Assembly: GCA_963665095.1 (NCBI GenBank)
Contig: OY762069.1
Location: 1 to 64,000 of the forward strand
DNA from: an uncultured Desulfobacter sp.
GTDB lineage: Bacteria > Desulfobacterota > Desulfobacteria > Desulfobacterales > Desulfobacteraceae
Direction of reading: 5' to 3'
DNA length: 64,000 bases
The translations under genes and the position numbers were made by a program. The notes under the pieces were generated by a model that made no database searches, was not told the DNA's origin, and saw only the letters and a program-made list of their open reading frames with translations. Positions 30,801 to 41,716 of this stretch are shown here, piece by piece; position 1 is the stretch's first letter, and each line of letters opens with the position of its first letter.

Positions 30801-31847
30801 CTTTTCCATGAGCAGCCATCCAAGACCTGAGATGATCAGTACAAAAAGGCACAGGCCTGCCACCACCAGGCTGCGAAACCAGGAAGATCCAAACAGGGCT
30901 GCCACCCGCTCCTGCCGCATGCCCCTGGAAATGATCAGAAGAATAAACAGGATGACGCATACAAGAATACCGCTTGTAATTCCCAGTGTTTTCGGGGTTA
31001 TAACTCTGGCCGGCGTTTTGGTGGTGTCTGTTTTTGCCGAAGATAAGACATAGCGGTTGATCATCTGCTGTTTTTCTGTCTCCGGTATGGCGTTTAAGGC
31101 CTTCTCAAGGATCGAAACCAGTTCCGGCAGCTCCTTGGGAATGCCGATGGCAAGTACCGAGCCCGCTTTGTTCAGCCTGCCATGAAACTTCAGGGTGCCC
31201 ATGACCTCTTTTCCCATAATATAGGCGGCAACAGCCCGGTTGCCAGCATACGCATCCGCTTCACCCCGAACCACAGCATCCAATGCCAGGGCTGTATCAG
31301 GGTAGGTTTTTATCCGGACCTCGGGATATTTTTCTTTAAAGTAAGTGACATTGTAAAAGCCCTTCTCCAGAGCCAGACTCTTTTGGGCCAGATCCTTTTC
31401 CGATTGATAATAGGGGCCTTTCTTTGGCGCTACGATGACATGGGGAATGTTTAAATAGATACTGGTAAAATTTAAGAATTTTTTTCTGTCCGGCCGGGGG
31501 GTGATGTCCATGACGGCGTCCAGCTCCCCGTGGGTTACTTTATGCAGGTTTTCGGCAAAAGGACCCGGCACCGCAATGAGCCGCCCTCCCAAGTACTGAT
31601 TCATTGCAGTGATATGGTCAACGCCGATTCCGGCAGGGACGCCGGTGCTGTCAATAAAGTCCATGGGCGGCCATGTGTCCATGATGCCGACTCTGATGTG
31701 AGGATGTGCCGCAAGCCACAATTTTTCTTTGTCTGTAAGGTCTGGCAGTGGTTTGGCCTGGATGGACACCGGGCACAGGAAAAGTGTCAGCATTGCTAAA
31801 CAGACAAGAATATTTTTCAGCGAGATGGGCGTCCTTACTTTAATCAT
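27816..31847 (-). CDS. Membrane hybrid sensor kinase (PBP, periplasmic domain, PAS, HisKA, HATPase, truncated REC, Hpt)
   Basis: Motifs [22 protein letters not shown] and GGSGLGL; a REC stub [10 protein letters not shown]; Hpt AHTVKG. Confidence 0.9.
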   Translation of the reverse strand: MIKVRTPISLKNILVCLAMLTLFLCPVSIQAKPLPDLTDKEKLWLAAHPHIRVGIMDTWPPMDFIDSTGVPAGIGVDHITAMNQYLGGRLIAVPGPFAENLHKVTHGELDAVMDITPRPDRKKFLNFTSIYLNIPHVIVAPKKGPYYQSEKDLAQKSLALEKGFYNVTYFKEKYPEVRIKTYPDTALALDAVVRGEADAYAGNRAVAAYIMGKEVMGTLKFHGRLNKAGSVLAIGIPKELPELVSILEKALNAIPETEKQQMINRYVLSSAKTDTTKTPARVITPKTLGITSGILVCVILFILLIISRGMRQERVAALFGSSWFRSLVVAGLCLFVLIISGLGWLLMEKTRTSTIRDMAAHLRLMLSLTQDRTELWMADRRTSMEHLGKNPDLNHIAVQLIRVCPDKEQLMTSTALAQALAFFTSDTKIFPYTDFTIISPDYAIVAALDDSQLCQQHPLARQYPGRLKRAFSGEILFIPPLRTNISDNGVTTRPRMMLIGPVISPDNTIIAVMALGIDPLKDLAQLTQSPGRWTTADIYAFDRTGTMVTPSRFDDQLKVIGLLKTTESSPLTIELKNPGRDLTRGFQPVKPKKQLPLTHLAEQAIELRRQMADQQILSGASSMGENIQGYLDYRGVPVFGAWLWNQDLDLGLAAEIDVEEAMASFHKIRMAVFIILGVTLVLSVFSVLLVLVLGDRTRKALEAAKADLEEKVAQRTLELKENQEVFSALLESAPDAMVACEKTGEIVLVNTQTELLLGYERSQLLGATVDMLLPDEARPWLSDIKARLLRYEDTREKIRFSMEQSIRARTGELIPVEVSVSPIQSRYGLLAMASLRDITERKKAEQVIITAKEKAEEATRAKSDFLANMSHEIRTPMNAVLGMSHLALKTELTPKQRNYIEKVNLSARNLLGIINDILDFSKIEAGKLKIEIVEFDLNEVLGNLSSLIAAKCHEKGLELIFNMAAQTPVSLKGDPLRLGQILLNLGNNAVKFTEKGEIEISVSGVRVQPHEAVLKFKVRDTGIGLTHEQQAKLFQAFHQADTSTTRRYGGSGLGLSICKKLSELMGGTIGVDSEAGQGSTFWFTARFGRADTLNYRGKKGNNLPPNFDHIRGAKLLLVEDNKLNQELAVDQLEQEVFFVREPDLPALKGIDTTRGLSRVSQNKKRYLNLLQKFHSGNQNTVAEIEKAVLDEDVETAVRLAHTVKGLADTIGAEALQKTAAALEAGLKSDPDSGQFKTRIQDFKKDLDAVLETLAPIALTQVQENSAVSADNGDTGRLLAYLRDLAPHVSKHKPKPAKEILEKMGGYAWPQPLRARIDELQVCIGKYKFKDAQTILTDLISELE

Positions 31848-32943
31848 TGTCCTCCAGGGTCAGGGCCTTTTTTTCCTCTTCTGAGTCTGCGAAAGAAGAG
31901 GCGATCTGCAAAAATTTGTCTTCAATTATCATCAGGTTTTCCACCATCACCGGATCAAAATGGGTCCCACTGTCTTTTTTTATAATGGCCATGGCCTTGG
32001 CGTGACTGAAAGGCGGTTTGTAGACACGTTTGGAAATCAGGGCATCGTACACGTCTGCAATGGCCATCAAACGGCCTGAAACAGGAATCTCTTCTCCTTT
32101 GAGCCCGCTGGGGTATCCGGATCCGTCCCATTTTTCATGGTGGGTATAGGCGATCTGCCGGGCATACTGCATGAATGAGTTATCCCCTAATTTTTCTTCA
32201 GCTACCTTGAGGGCATTGCGGCCATATACTGTATGATTTTTCATCTCCTTGAATTCTTCATCCGTCAGTTTTCCCGGCTTAAGAAGAATACCGTCTGCCA
32301 CTCCGACCTTGCCGATATCATGAAGCGGGGCTGAGTTGTAAAGCAGATCAATCAGCTCGTCACTCAAAATATCCTGGAACATCGGCACGGCTTTCAGCTG
32401 GCGGGCAAGGGCTCTGACATACCGCTGTGTTCTCAGAATATGACCGCCGGTTTCAGGATCCCGGGTTTCAGCCAGACTGGCCAGACTGTATATGGTAACT
32501 TCCTGGGTCAGGGCCAGTTCCTTTGTCCTCAGTGCCACCAGTTCCTGAAGATGGTCCTGATGCTGTTTAAGCTCCAGCTGCTTTGAGACCCGGGCCTTGA
32601 CCAGTTCCGGAGAAAAGGGCTTGGTCACGTAATCTGCCGCCCCCAGCGCCAGGCCTTTGGCTTCGTTTTGCTCTTCAGTCATGGCTGTTAGAAAAATGAC
32701 CGGGATATCATGGGTGGCAGGGTTGTCTTTAATGCATTTACACACCTCATATCCATTCATGCCGGGCATCATGATATCAAGCAGGATAAGATCCGGTTTG
32801 TCTTCTGCCACGTTTTCCAGGGCCGATTCACCGTCCAGGGCCACCCGGACATCGTAATCATCTGCCAGGGTGTCCATCAGTATGTCAATATTTGTTTCTG
32901 TATCATCCACCACCAGTATGGTGAATTGTCTGTCTTCTTCCAT
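31840..32943 (-). CDS. REC plus HD-GYP cyclic dinucleotide phosphodiesterase (RpfG-like)
   Basis: Motifs [36 protein letters not shown] and ADVYDAL; GGAG precedes MEEDRQ. Confidence 0.95.
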   Translation of the reverse strand: MEEDRQFTILVVDDTETNIDILMDTLADDYDVRVALDGESALENVAEDKPDLILLDIMMPGMNGYEVCKCIKDNPATHDIPVIFLTAMTEEQNEAKGLALGAADYVTKPFSPELVKARVSKQLELKQHQDHLQELVALRTKELALTQEVTIYSLASLAETRDPETGGHILRTQRYVRALARQLKAVPMFQDILSDELIDLLYNSAPLHDIGKVGVADGILLKPGKLTDEEFKEMKNHTVYGRNALKVAEEKLGDNSFMQYARQIAYTHHEKWDGSGYPSGLKGEEIPVSGRLMAIADVYDALISKRVYKPPFSHAKAMAIIKKDSGTHFDPVMVENLMIIEDKFLQIASSFADSEEEKKALTLEDND

Positions 32944-35770
32944 CGTGTCGCTCCATTTTTTTAAGTTTTTCGTGTATCTTTTCTGCAACTGGCAAAGTTT
33001 CTTTAAATTTGTAGGCGCCTGCCAGTTTACTGATTGCAGCGATGTCGTCCTGAAGGTCTTGGGGCCATCCCAGTGTCTGTATTTTTTTTACACAGGCCTT
33101 CACCTGTCTTGCCTGACGTTTTTTCAGAAAAGGGATCAGTTCTTCAACGCAACCAATTAATTGTCCGGCATCTGAAAGTTCAGACGGGGCGGAAACCTGC
33201 TTCTCTTCTTCTTTGATAGTGGCAATCCCTTCCTGGACAACCGCCATTTCCAAAGCAAACCGTTCCATCTCTTCTTTACCTGGCAGTGCCGGGCCGGAAT
33301 CAGACTTAAGTCTTGCTTCAATACGCGCAGATGCTTCCTGAAGTTTTCCTGCACCCAGATTCCCTGCAACCCCTTTAATGGAGTGGGCCAGGCGGCAGGC
33401 CTCTTCAAGGACATTGTTTTCTATTAAACGGGCAATCTGTTCAGCTGCATCGGCATAGTCTCTTTTGACTTTTAACAGCAGGGTTTTATAAAGTTTTTTA
33501 TTGTTATTGATGCGCCCCAATCCCTGCGCCAGGTCAATGCCGGGCAAAGAGGGCGGCAATTCCACGGGCGTTTCAGCCTGTACATCTGTTTCAGGTGGAT
33601 TGGAATCTGCAGTGTGTGACAGTGGTTCTTTTTCTGCGGGCGTTATCCACTGGATCAGGGCTTTGAACAGCTCCGGCGGGTTGATGGGCTTGGTCACATG
33701 TTCCTGCATGCCGGCTTCCAGGCTTTTTTCCCGGTCACCTGACATGGCATGGGCGGTCATGGCAATAATAGGAAGCGCTTGGGCCGGCTTTTGTTTTCGG
33801 ATATTCATTGTTGCCTCCATACCGCCCATCACCGGCATCTGAATGTCCATCAAAACCAGGTCGTAATTATTTTCAAGGGCTGACTTGACCCCCTCTTCTC
33901 CATTACTGGCAACATCCACGGTCAAGCCTGCACCCTGCAGAATTTCCACAGCGATCTGCTGGTTGATCTCATTGTCTTCCACCAGCAGTATCCGTGCGCC
34001 ACGGATATGTTCAAGGTCTTCCTGGCAGGATTGGTCGCACCGCGGTTTGATGTAGACCTGGCGGCCAAATGCAACCATAATGGCATCAAACAGGGCGGAC
34101 TGGGAGACGGGTTTAACAATGATGCCGTCCAGTTGGATATCCTTTGACTCTTCAGTTACTTCATTCCGGTCATAGGCGGTGACCAGGAGAATCTTGGGCT
34201 TTGGCTCAAGGGCAGGCTGGGCCAGGATTTCCCGGGCGGTTTCAATGCCATCCATGACCGGCATCTGCCAGTCAATCAGCACCATTTCAAAGGGATCGGT
34301 ATCTTTGGCGGTTTTAATCAGATTAACGGCGGTCAGTCCGTCTGGTGCAGTTGAGGTTCTGAAACCCATGGAGTCCAGGTATGACTCAAATATCTCACGG
34401 GCCGTGGGGTTGTCGTCCACCACCAGCACCCGCATCTGGTGGAGCCGGTCACCGGTTTCAACATGCCGGCTGGTGACATTTTGATCCGCAATTCCAAACC
34501 GTGCCGTGAAAAAGAAGGTGGAGCCGTTACCATATTCCGATGTGGCACCGATGGTCCCTCCCATCATCTCCGCGAGACGCTTGGATATGGTCAGTCCCAG
34601 GCCTGTGCCGCCATACTTGCGGGTGGTGGAGGTGTCGGCCTGGGAAAATGCCTGGAACAGTTTGCTTTGCTGTTCCTCTGTCATGCCGATACCGGTATCT
34701 TTCACGGAAAATTGAAGCAGGATGCTCTGTTCGTCCCGTTCTGCAATGTCACAGGTCATGACAACTTCGCCCTTTTCCGTGAACTTTGCGGCATTCCCGG
34801 CCAGGTTCACCAGGATCTGTTTCAGGCGCAGGGGGTCTCCTGTAATCATTTTGGGTAAATCCGGATCAATTTTTACCAGAAGTTCCAGCCCTCTTTCCGA
34901 GGTTTTTACTGCTGCCAGATCCGATGCCTCTGCCATGATGCTGTCAATGGCAAAATTCACGGTCTCCATATCCAGCTTGCCGGCCTCAATTTTAGAGAAA
35001 TCCAGGATATCATTGATCAGGCCCAAAAGGGCATTGGCAGCCCCGTCGATTTTGTTTAAATAGTCTGTCTGTTTGGGCGTGAGCTCTGTTTTAAGTGCCA
35101 GGTGGGTCATGCCGATGATGGCATTCATGGGCGTCCGGATTTCATGGCTCATATTGGCCAGGAAGTCGCTTTTGGCCTGGGTGGCGGACTCTGCCTGTTT
35201 TTTTGCTTCGTCAAGATCGTCCATGATATTGAGCATGGCGCGTTTGGCCCTGGCCAGTTCCGCCACCTGGCCCTGAAGCTCCAGGGTTGCTGTTTCTGTC
35301 TTCTTCTGGGCTGCTTTTAACTCCTGGTTTTTTTTTAGCAGGTCATTAAGTAACTCTTCTCTGGGTGGCTGGCTTAGCATCTCCCGGGTATTTTCAATCA
35401 GGGCGCGGGAGAAATAAAAGTCCGGGTCTGGCAGTTTTTTTATCCCATTGAATTGCATGCCGGTTTCGTTGTCACCTGCCACTTCGGTATGGGTGAAGTA
35501 TCCTTTAGCCAGCGGTTCCTTCCGGTGGTCAAACGGCTCAATTCTGATATGTATCCCATTGCCGAAGGCGCGGCGGTCAAGGTGTATGGTGGCATGGATC
35601 TTATTGCCTGTCGGACCCTTGTCCAAAGAGATCAGTTCTGTAAACATGGTTGAGAACTTTACCGCCTCAATGTCGTCAAACCCGAACCAGCTGGCCATGC
35701 TGTAAAGTTTCAGCCCGGTCTCTTTCAGGCCTGAGCGTGTACCCAGTGTAAATTTTGCAAGCTCGATCAT
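32903..35770 (-). CDS. Soluble hybrid kinase: RsbT-like N-domain, HisKA, HATPase, two REC domains, Hpt
   Basis: [13 protein letters not shown] motifs DWQMP and DIQMP, Hpt AHSIKG; ATGA overlap with the upstream phosphatase gene. Confidence 0.92.
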   Translation of the reverse strand: MIELAKFTLGTRSGLKETGLKLYSMASWFGFDDIEAVKFSTMFTELISLDKGPTGNKIHATIHLDRRAFGNGIHIRIEPFDHRKEPLAKGYFTHTEVAGDNETGMQFNGIKKLPDPDFYFSRALIENTREMLSQPPREELLNDLLKKNQELKAAQKKTETATLELQGQVAELARAKRAMLNIMDDLDEAKKQAESATQAKSDFLANMSHEIRTPMNAIIGMTHLALKTELTPKQTDYLNKIDGAANALLGLINDILDFSKIEAGKLDMETVNFAIDSIMAEASDLAAVKTSERGLELLVKIDPDLPKMITGDPLRLKQILVNLAGNAAKFTEKGEVVMTCDIAERDEQSILLQFSVKDTGIGMTEEQQSKLFQAFSQADTSTTRKYGGTGLGLTISKRLAEMMGGTIGATSEYGNGSTFFFTARFGIADQNVTSRHVETGDRLHQMRVLVVDDNPTAREIFESYLDSMGFRTSTAPDGLTAVNLIKTAKDTDPFEMVLIDWQMPVMDGIETAREILAQPALEPKPKILLVTAYDRNEVTEESKDIQLDGIIVKPVSQSALFDAIMVAFGRQVYIKPRCDQSCQEDLEHIRGARILLVEDNEINQQIAVEILQGAGLTVDVASNGEEGVKSALENNYDLVLMDIQMPVMGGMEATMNIRKQKPAQALPIIAMTAHAMSGDREKSLEAGMQEHVTKPINPPELFKALIQWITPAEKEPLSHTADSNPPETDVQAETPVELPPSLPGIDLAQGLGRINNNKKLYKTLLLKVKRDYADAAEQIARLIENNVLEEACRLAHSIKGVAGNLGAGKLQEASARIEARLKSDSGPALPGKEEMERFALEMAVVQEGIATIKEEEKQVSAPSELSDAGQLIGCVEELIPFLKKRQARQVKACVKKIQTLGWPQDLQDDIAAISKLAGAYKFKETLPVAEKIHEKLKKMERHDGRRQTIHHTGGG

Positions 35771-36366
35771 ATCCCGAACCTCAATGCAATACATGACAGA
35801 TCGTCATTATTTTTTCCCAGGTGCGTGATAAAGCTGTTGCAGATATCCTTTGCCCTGCCCTCAGCTATATCGGGATAGGCATTGACATCAAAGTGCTCCT
35901 TAATTCCGTCTGAGGTCATCACCAGAACATCCCTGGGCATCAGTCTGATTTCCTTCTGGGCCGGGGTAGGGATCATATAGCCGATGACGCCATCTTTTGT
36001 AATCAGGGTCTCCTGGCTTGATCCGAATAATCTAAGATGGATATTCCCCATTCCTGAATATTGAAGCATACCTGTTTCTAAATCCAGCCGGCACAGTGCT
36101 GCCACAGCCCCCCGGGTTCCCCTCAGATGTTCATGCAACCCATTTAAAATTTCAGTTAACTCTCTGGTGTAATCCTGGGAAAGATAGCATTTAGAAAGCT
36201 GAGCCACATCGGCTGCCTGTTTTCCATGGCCCAGGACATCCACCAGGGCCAGAAAACAGAAATGGCTGTATTGTTTAATAAACCCTGTGTCTCCGCACTC
36301 GTCCGGATTCCCGGTTAAGGCCCTTTGTTCAAGGTGAAAATCAACTGTGTGCACGCATGCTTTCAT
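35767..36366 (-). CDS. PP2C/SpoIIE-type phosphatase (RsbX-like)
   Basis: Motifs ECGD, DVLGHG, GTRGA, SDGI and DDLSC. Confidence 0.88.
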   Translation of the reverse strand: MKACVHTVDFHLEQRALTGNPDECGDTGFIKQYSHFCFLALVDVLGHGKQAADVAQLSKCYLSQDYTRELTEILNGLHEHLRGTRGAVAALCRLDLETGMLQYSGMGNIHLRLFGSSQETLITKDGVIGYMIPTPAQKEIRLMPRDVLVMTSDGIKEHFDVNAYPDIAEGRAKDICNSFITHLGKNNDDLSCIALRFGI

Positions 36367-36369
36367 GAG

Positions 36370-36792
36370 TCAGTCCATCCACTTTATTGCCGTTATGCGG
36401 GTGCCCTGGCCGGGGGCCGATTGAATCTGGAACTCATCCATAATCCGTTTCACACTGGGCAGACCCAGCCCCAGCCCGTTTCCGGTGCTGTAGTTCTCCT
36501 GCATGGCGGCATCTATATCGCAGATGCCCGGACCATGATCAACTGCATGGACTTCAAATCCTGCCCGGTCTCCACTGTGAATCACACGCAATGAAATTTT
36601 CCCCCCTTTTGCATACCGGATAATATTGGTTGACAGTTCAGATACGGCCGACGCAATAAGATGCTGTCCTGTCTCATTAAAACCCATCTGGGCCAGAATT
36701 TTTCTTGCGCTGAATACGACCTGGGCATTATCCGAAGGTTCATGCAGTTCAAACGTTACCTGCTCATCCAGAAATTCCATGGTGTTAGTCAT
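36370..36792 (-). CDS. rsbT: RsbT-type Ser/Thr switch kinase
   Basis: Motifs AVSELSTNIIRYA, DHGPGI, YSTGNGLGLGLP.VKRIMDEF and a terminal KW. Confidence 0.93.
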   Translation of the reverse strand: MTNTMEFLDEQVTFELHEPSDNAQVVFSARKILAQMGFNETGQHLIASAVSELSTNIIRYAKGGKISLRVIHSGDRAGFEVHAVDHGPGICDIDAAMQENYSTGNGLGLGLPSVKRIMDEFQIQSAPGQGTRITAIKWMD

Positions 36793-37196
36793 CTTTTTTT
36801 TAACCCTTTGGGTACTGTAGGCACTGCGCCATGTATGGCTAAAATTTCAAAGGCATCATCTGTGTTTCGGGCAGTCATGATATCGTCAAAATTTGTATCC
36901 AGATTCACTAAGGAGGCTGCGACGCCCGGCTTGAAACCGGCAAATACCGGGATAGTTCCCATCATGGCAATGGCTTTGGCCATATTTTTGAGGAGTACAA
37001 ATTCACAGGAGCTAAGAATCGTTACATCCGATATATCAATGATCACACCGCTCACCCGCTTTTTTTCCACCTGCTTAAGGACCTTTTTGCCTGTTTTTCG
37101 GATGCTGTTTTCATCCGCATAACCGGGGATGGATATAATCAGGCAACCCGCCACCTGTTGAACAGCTGAACCGGATATGTTCAATTCTGAGTTCAT
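36789..37196 (-). CDS. rsbS: RsbS-type STAS protein
   Basis: Single STAS domain (GVIIDIS.V..LSS, GFKPGVAASLV) between rsbR and rsbT. Confidence 0.88.
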   Translation of the reverse strand: MNSELNISGSAVQQVAGCLIISIPGYADENSIRKTGKKVLKQVEKKRVSGVIIDISDVTILSSCEFVLLKNMAKAIAMMGTIPVFAGFKPGVAASLVNLDTNFDDIMTARNTDDAFEILAIHGAVPTVPKGLKKR

Positions 37197-38002
37197 TAAT
37201 TAGACCCTTTGGATCTGACCTCCAACCCCATAAGCGTAAACGCATCTGAAAGTGCATCCTGCAGTGTGGAGTTGGTGGCGATCTCCCCAAGTTCGATGCC
37301 CAGCTGCACCAGCGTTTCAGCCACCGCAGGAGAAATACCGGAAATAATGCAGCGGCACCCCATCAGTTTTGTGGCCTTGGCAATTTTGATCAGATGGTTG
37401 GCCACAGCCGTATCCACGGCTGCCACTCCCTGGATATCCAGGATAATTACCTTGGCAGAGGTCTCCATGATTTTTGCGAGCATGGTGTTCATCATCTGCT
37501 GGGCCCGCAGAGAGTCCACCACCCCTACCACGGGAAGAATTACCACCCGCTCCCAGAGCTTGATGGCGGGTGTGGAGATCTCCATGATGGTTTGGCTCTG
37601 CTCTTTGAGTTTCTTCTCCTGCCTGACCCGTTCCGTGATATCAAGGATATACTCCAGCCCTCCCACAATGTTTCCATCGCTATCTTTCATGGCGGCGGCC
37701 GTGTATTCGATGGGAATTTTTCTGCCATCAACCTCCATCTCATTTCTGGTGGTAAAAGAGTGCTCGCCATCTATGACCTGTTTCATCCGGCAGTCGCCTG
37801 TACCGCAATGACGGGAGTTGAAAACATCCCGGCAGGGCATTCCCTTGATTTCCTTCAGGGATTTGCCGATCATCGTCTGCCCTGCCTTATTCAGGAAAAT
37901 CACCGCCATGTCACGGTTTACCGCCAGTATGGGTGTGGGGATTTGCTGGAGGATGTTAAAGGCCAGGTTGCTGTCAATCTGGTCAAGGTCTGAAGTATCC
38001 AT
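37196..38002 (-). CDS. rsbR: RsbR-type PAS-STAS stressosome protein
   Basis: Motifs EISTPAI, LPVVGVVDS.RA, DIQGVAAVDTAVANHL and GISPAVAETLVQLGI; N-terminal PAS/PAC domain. Confidence 0.92.
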   Translation of the reverse strand: MDTSDLDQIDSNLAFNILQQIPTPILAVNRDMAVIFLNKAGQTMIGKSLKEIKGMPCRDVFNSRHCGTGDCRMKQVIDGEHSFTTRNEMEVDGRKIPIEYTAAAMKDSDGNIVGGLEYILDITERVRQEKKLKEQSQTIMEISTPAIKLWERVVILPVVGVVDSLRAQQMMNTMLAKIMETSAKVIILDIQGVAAVDTAVANHLIKIAKATKLMGCRCIISGISPAVAETLVQLGIELGEIATNSTLQDALSDAFTLMGLEVRSKGSN

Positions 38003-38045
38003 CAGATTGTCTCCTTAATTTATTGTTTGAAATTATAACGCTTGA

Positions 38046-41000
38046 TTATCTGACGATGTATTTTTCCTTTTGTCCCGTCTGGGTTAACAGAGCATTCACC
38101 TCGGCTTTAAGATCGATCATTTTTTCTTCCCGGTCTATTGCCATCTTGTAAAAGCGTTCCAGCTCTGTAAGATTCTGATACAGCTGTTTTTCTACCTCTT
38201 TTTGACTGGTCAGGTCCACAAAGCTTTCCAGAATCATCTTTTTGCCGTCCAGCACCACTGGAACAGTCGTATTAAGAATGGGCACTTTTGTGCCGTCTTT
38301 TTTTATTAATTCCCACTCCGCGGTGTCACTCTGGAATTGGGTATCCATAACCGGATGGCTGTCTTTAGGAGAAATGAACTGCTCATACGGCTTGCCTGCA
38401 ATCTGTTCCCCGGGCAGGCCGATCATCTTTGATGCCAACGGATTGACATCCACAATGGTGCGGTCAATGGGATCAATGATGATGGTGCCGGTGTTAATGG
38501 CATTTAAAATGGTTTTGATCCGTTCTTCACTCTCTCTTAAGGCTTTACGGGTCTTCCTTTTTTCAGTGATATCATCCATCACCCAGATCGAGCCCTTATT
38601 CATGTCATTTGAGTCCTGAATATTAAGGACTTTTCCGGAAAGGGAACACCAGACAACAGTACCGTCCTTTTTCTTCAGCTGGTACTCCACCTGAACCTGT
38701 TCACCTGAGGCCAGTGTTGACTCATATTTTTTCAGGAATTTTTTGTAATTTTTTTCAGAAAGATGCAGTTCTGCCACGTTCATGCCATGCATCTGCTTTG
38801 CAGAGTCATACCCTAATATTTGCGATGTTCGTTCATTGCACCGGTGAATCTGGTTTCCCTCGTTTAAAAAAATCAGGCCCACATGGGTGTTGTCAAAAAT
38901 CTGCTGCAATTCAGCACGGATGGTGTTGACGGTTTCCTGGGCTTCTAAACGGTCTGTGATATCCCGGATGGTACCCACTGCATACCAGTTTTCCCTCATT
39001 TTGAAGGCCGATACCCCTACTTCAACCGGAAAGATGGTGCCATCGTTTTTTCGGGCGGTTAACTCCTGAATTTTTCCCACCACAGGCCCCTGGCCGCTTT
39101 TGGCAAATTTGAGCAAACCGTCATGGGTTTTCCCCATGTACTCAACTGGTGCAATCAGGCTGTGCATATCCTTGCCCATGGCCTCTGAGGTACTTATGCC
39201 AAAAAGCTTTTCCGCCGCCTGATTCCAGTACATCACTTCAGCCTTCTCATCAATCATGATCAGGGCGTCATGAATGGCCTCGCTCATGGCCCGGGTTTTC
39301 TGCTCATTTTCAATCAGGCGCTGTTCGGTCAGTTTCCTTTCACTGACTTCCCGGGATAATTTGCGGTTCCAGTAAAGAATAAATCCCACAAATAAGGCGC
39401 CGCCGGCGAACACTTTTAAAACCAGCGCGTAGTCAATCCCCTTTTCATAATGAACACTGAGCCAGCGGTTATAAATTGTCTGATGCGCCTGCTCATCCAG
39501 GGAATCCAGTACGTTATTGATAATTGATATTGCCATGGGGTACTTGGGATCCACCCCGATGCAGTGATCAAGGGTATAATCCGTTTCTCCGGCAATTTTC
39601 AGATTGGTCAGTCCGTTTTCCTTGATACAGTTGCTGACAACTGCCATGTGCCCGACAAACGCGGAAACCTTGCGGTTGGCAACAGAAATCAGTCCGGATG
39701 TCACGTCATCTGTCTGGACCAGCTCAATTTCCGGATAGTTGTCTCTTAAGTAATAATAGCTGGTATATCCTTTGCCGACAGCTACCTTAAGATTTTTTAA
39801 ATGAGACACATCAGATATGTTGATCACATTATCCATGGTTACAATGACAAAGGGAAACCGTACAAACGGTTTTGAAAGCAGTATGGGCCTGTCAATCGTA
39901 TCGTTTTTTCCTAAGGCCGGAACCACATCAATTTCCTTGTTCACATACTGCTGCAGCACCTCGACCCATGTGTCGCTTTTCCTGAATTCAAATCGAAGGC
40001 CGGAGCGCTGGGTGATCAGGGTTAGATAGTCAGCAATGATTCCGCCAAATTGATTGTTGTCACCAACAATTGACATGGGTTTCCAGTTGACTTCACTGAA
40101 AACCAAAGGGGAATGGCTGGCCAGAAAAAGTTTCTCTTCTTCGTTTAGAATGAGTGCCTTGGTATCGGTCGAGTAAAACCGGTTTTCTTTCCTATGAATC
40201 CATCGGCTCTCAATTTCGGCAAATTTATTTTGCGGGATAGCTGCAAACCCTTCATTGATACGACTCAGCATATCTGTATTTTGTTTTAACACGCCGGCAT
40301 GAATGGCGTTGTTTAAAAGCTGCTTTGATCCTTTCTTGAGTTTTCCGGACAGCCCCAGACGGTACAGCTCTGCTTCAACTGCCAGTGTTTCGTGGAAAAC
40401 CGCTGCGACGTCTCCCTTTAAAAGGGCAAAAATCAAAGCCTCACCATCTCCTTGAAGTACTGTCTGGATTTCAGGATAATGCTGGGCCAGATAGTCTGCC
40501 TGATATGAGCCTGACAGTACGCCTACCCTGTAATTGGCAAGATCCTCCAGGGAGAAGCCAGGATCAGAATTTTTGAAGAACAGCGCTGTTTCAGACCGGT
40601 GAATGGGAACGGAAAAGGCCATCCACTGGCTTAGGTTCTCATCTTTTAATACCCCTGAATGGATATCTGCTTCTCCTGTTTTAACCGCGTCAACACTTGC
40701 CTTCCAGCTGGATGGGCGGAATGTTACCGGGGTTTTGGTCTTCTCACTCCATAACTGCCACATCTCCACGAGAAGTCCGCTGGGATTGCCTTCGGAGTCC
40801 ACCATGGTCAGGGGGGGCGCGCTTCTGTCCATTGAAATAATCAGTGTGTCACTATCTGAAATTTTTTGCCCGGTGGCCCAACGTCTTGCAATATGCCGGG
40901 ACTCATTCTCTGTAATCTCATTCATGCCATCCGTGATGACCTTGAGAAGCTCATGATTTCCTTTTTTTACGGCCGGGAAAAAATCATTGCTGTAAAGCGG

Positions 41001-41666
41001 AGAGGTGGGCTTGAACTTAAATTGTGCCCGCAGTTCATATTCCTGCAGGTAATGAAGTGCTGTCAGCGTTTCTGCCGCAAATACGAGGAGTTGGTGTCGT
41101 TTTATGGCAGACATCATTTCGTTATTATCATTAAATGCAATCAAATTAAGCCCCGGCATATGGGCCTTAAGCCAGGCCTCAGCAAAATCTCCTTTAAGGA
41201 CACCCACCCTGAAAGGTTTTAAATCGCCCAGATCCAGAGGCGCCGGAAGCCGTTTATTCCAGAAAATCTGAGTGTCGCAGGTTACCATGGAGGGGCCGAA
41301 GTCAAGGCTGATATTCCTTTCTTGGCTGAAAAACAAACCGGCATGGGCATCAGCCCTGCCACTTTTTACCATTTCCAGGGATTCGTCCCATACGGCAGGA
41401 ATAAATTGAAGTGTAATACCGGTTTTGGCAGAAAAAAGTTTCCAATTGTCAATGATTATGCCGTCGGGCTTTCCGTCCTTATTTTGAAAATGAAACGGAA
41501 TACAGTCTATGCTGTAGGCCACGGTTATTTTTGCTATGTTTTTTTCTGATGCGAAAAGGACCGCTGGCGCCAAAGCTAAGATAAAGAAGAGAATGTAAAT
41601 CCCTCTTTGCCTCTGCCTGTTGAACACACCGGCCTTGCCTTTGCCCTTGAACATTATATTCACCAT
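38046..41666 (-). CDS. Membrane sensor with three family-3 solute-binding domains, a TM helix, three PAS domains and a coiled-coil tail; no enzymatic output
   Basis: Three PBP-like repeats (IPFHF, PPLTM, KPMSI), TM ending WNRKL, three PAS/PAC units ending DITD/DITE/DLT, then REEKMIDLKAEVN. Start codon uncertain. Confidence 0.85.
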   Translation of the reverse strand: MVNIMFKGKGKAGVFNRQRQRGIYILFFILALAPAVLFASEKNIAKITVAYSIDCIPFHFQNKDGKPDGIIIDNWKLFSAKTGITLQFIPAVWDESLEMVKSGRADAHAGLFFSQERNISLDFGPSMVTCDTQIFWNKRLPAPLDLGDLKPFRVGVLKGDFAEAWLKAHMPGLNLIAFNDNNEMMSAIKRHQLLVFAAETLTALHYLQEYELRAQFKFKPTSPLYSNDFFPAVKKGNHELLKVITDGMNEITENESRHIARRWATGQKISDSDTLIISMDRSAPPLTMVDSEGNPSGLLVEMWQLWSEKTKTPVTFRPSSWKASVDAVKTGEADIHSGVLKDENLSQWMAFSVPIHRSETALFFKNSDPGFSLEDLANYRVGVLSGSYQADYLAQHYPEIQTVLQGDGEALIFALLKGDVAAVFHETLAVEAELYRLGLSGKLKKGSKQLLNNAIHAGVLKQNTDMLSRINEGFAAIPQNKFAEIESRWIHRKENRFYSTDTKALILNEEEKLFLASHSPLVFSEVNWKPMSIVGDNNQFGGIIADYLTLITQRSGLRFEFRKSDTWVEVLQQYVNKEIDVVPALGKNDTIDRPILLSKPFVRFPFVIVTMDNVINISDVSHLKNLKVAVGKGYTSYYYLRDNYPEIELVQTDDVTSGLISVANRKVSAFVGHMAVVSNCIKENGLTNLKIAGETDYTLDHCIGVDPKYPMAISIINNVLDSLDEQAHQTIYNRWLSVHYEKGIDYALVLKVFAGGALFVGFILYWNRKLSREVSERKLTEQRLIENEQKTRAMSEAIHDALIMIDEKAEVMYWNQAAEKLFGISTSEAMGKDMHSLIAPVEYMGKTHDGLLKFAKSGQGPVVGKIQELTARKNDGTIFPVEVGVSAFKMRENWYAVGTIRDITDRLEAQETVNTIRAELQQIFDNTHVGLIFLNEGNQIHRCNERTSQILGYDSAKQMHGMNVAELHLSEKNYKKFLKKYESTLASGEQVQVEYQLKKKDGTVVWCSLSGKVLNIQDSNDMNKGSIWVMDDITEKRKTRKALRESEERIKTILNAINTGTIIIDPIDRTIVDVNPLASKMIGLPGEQIAGKPYEQFISPKDSHPVMDTQFQSDTAEWELIKKDGTKVPILNTTVPVVLDGKKMILESFVDLTSQKEVEKQLYQNLTELERFYKMAIDREEKMIDLKAEVNALLTQTGQKEKYIVR

Positions 41667-41716
41667 GAGTGGTTAAATGGAATTTTTTATGAAATCAGGT
41701 ATTTCTTTGTGCGCAG

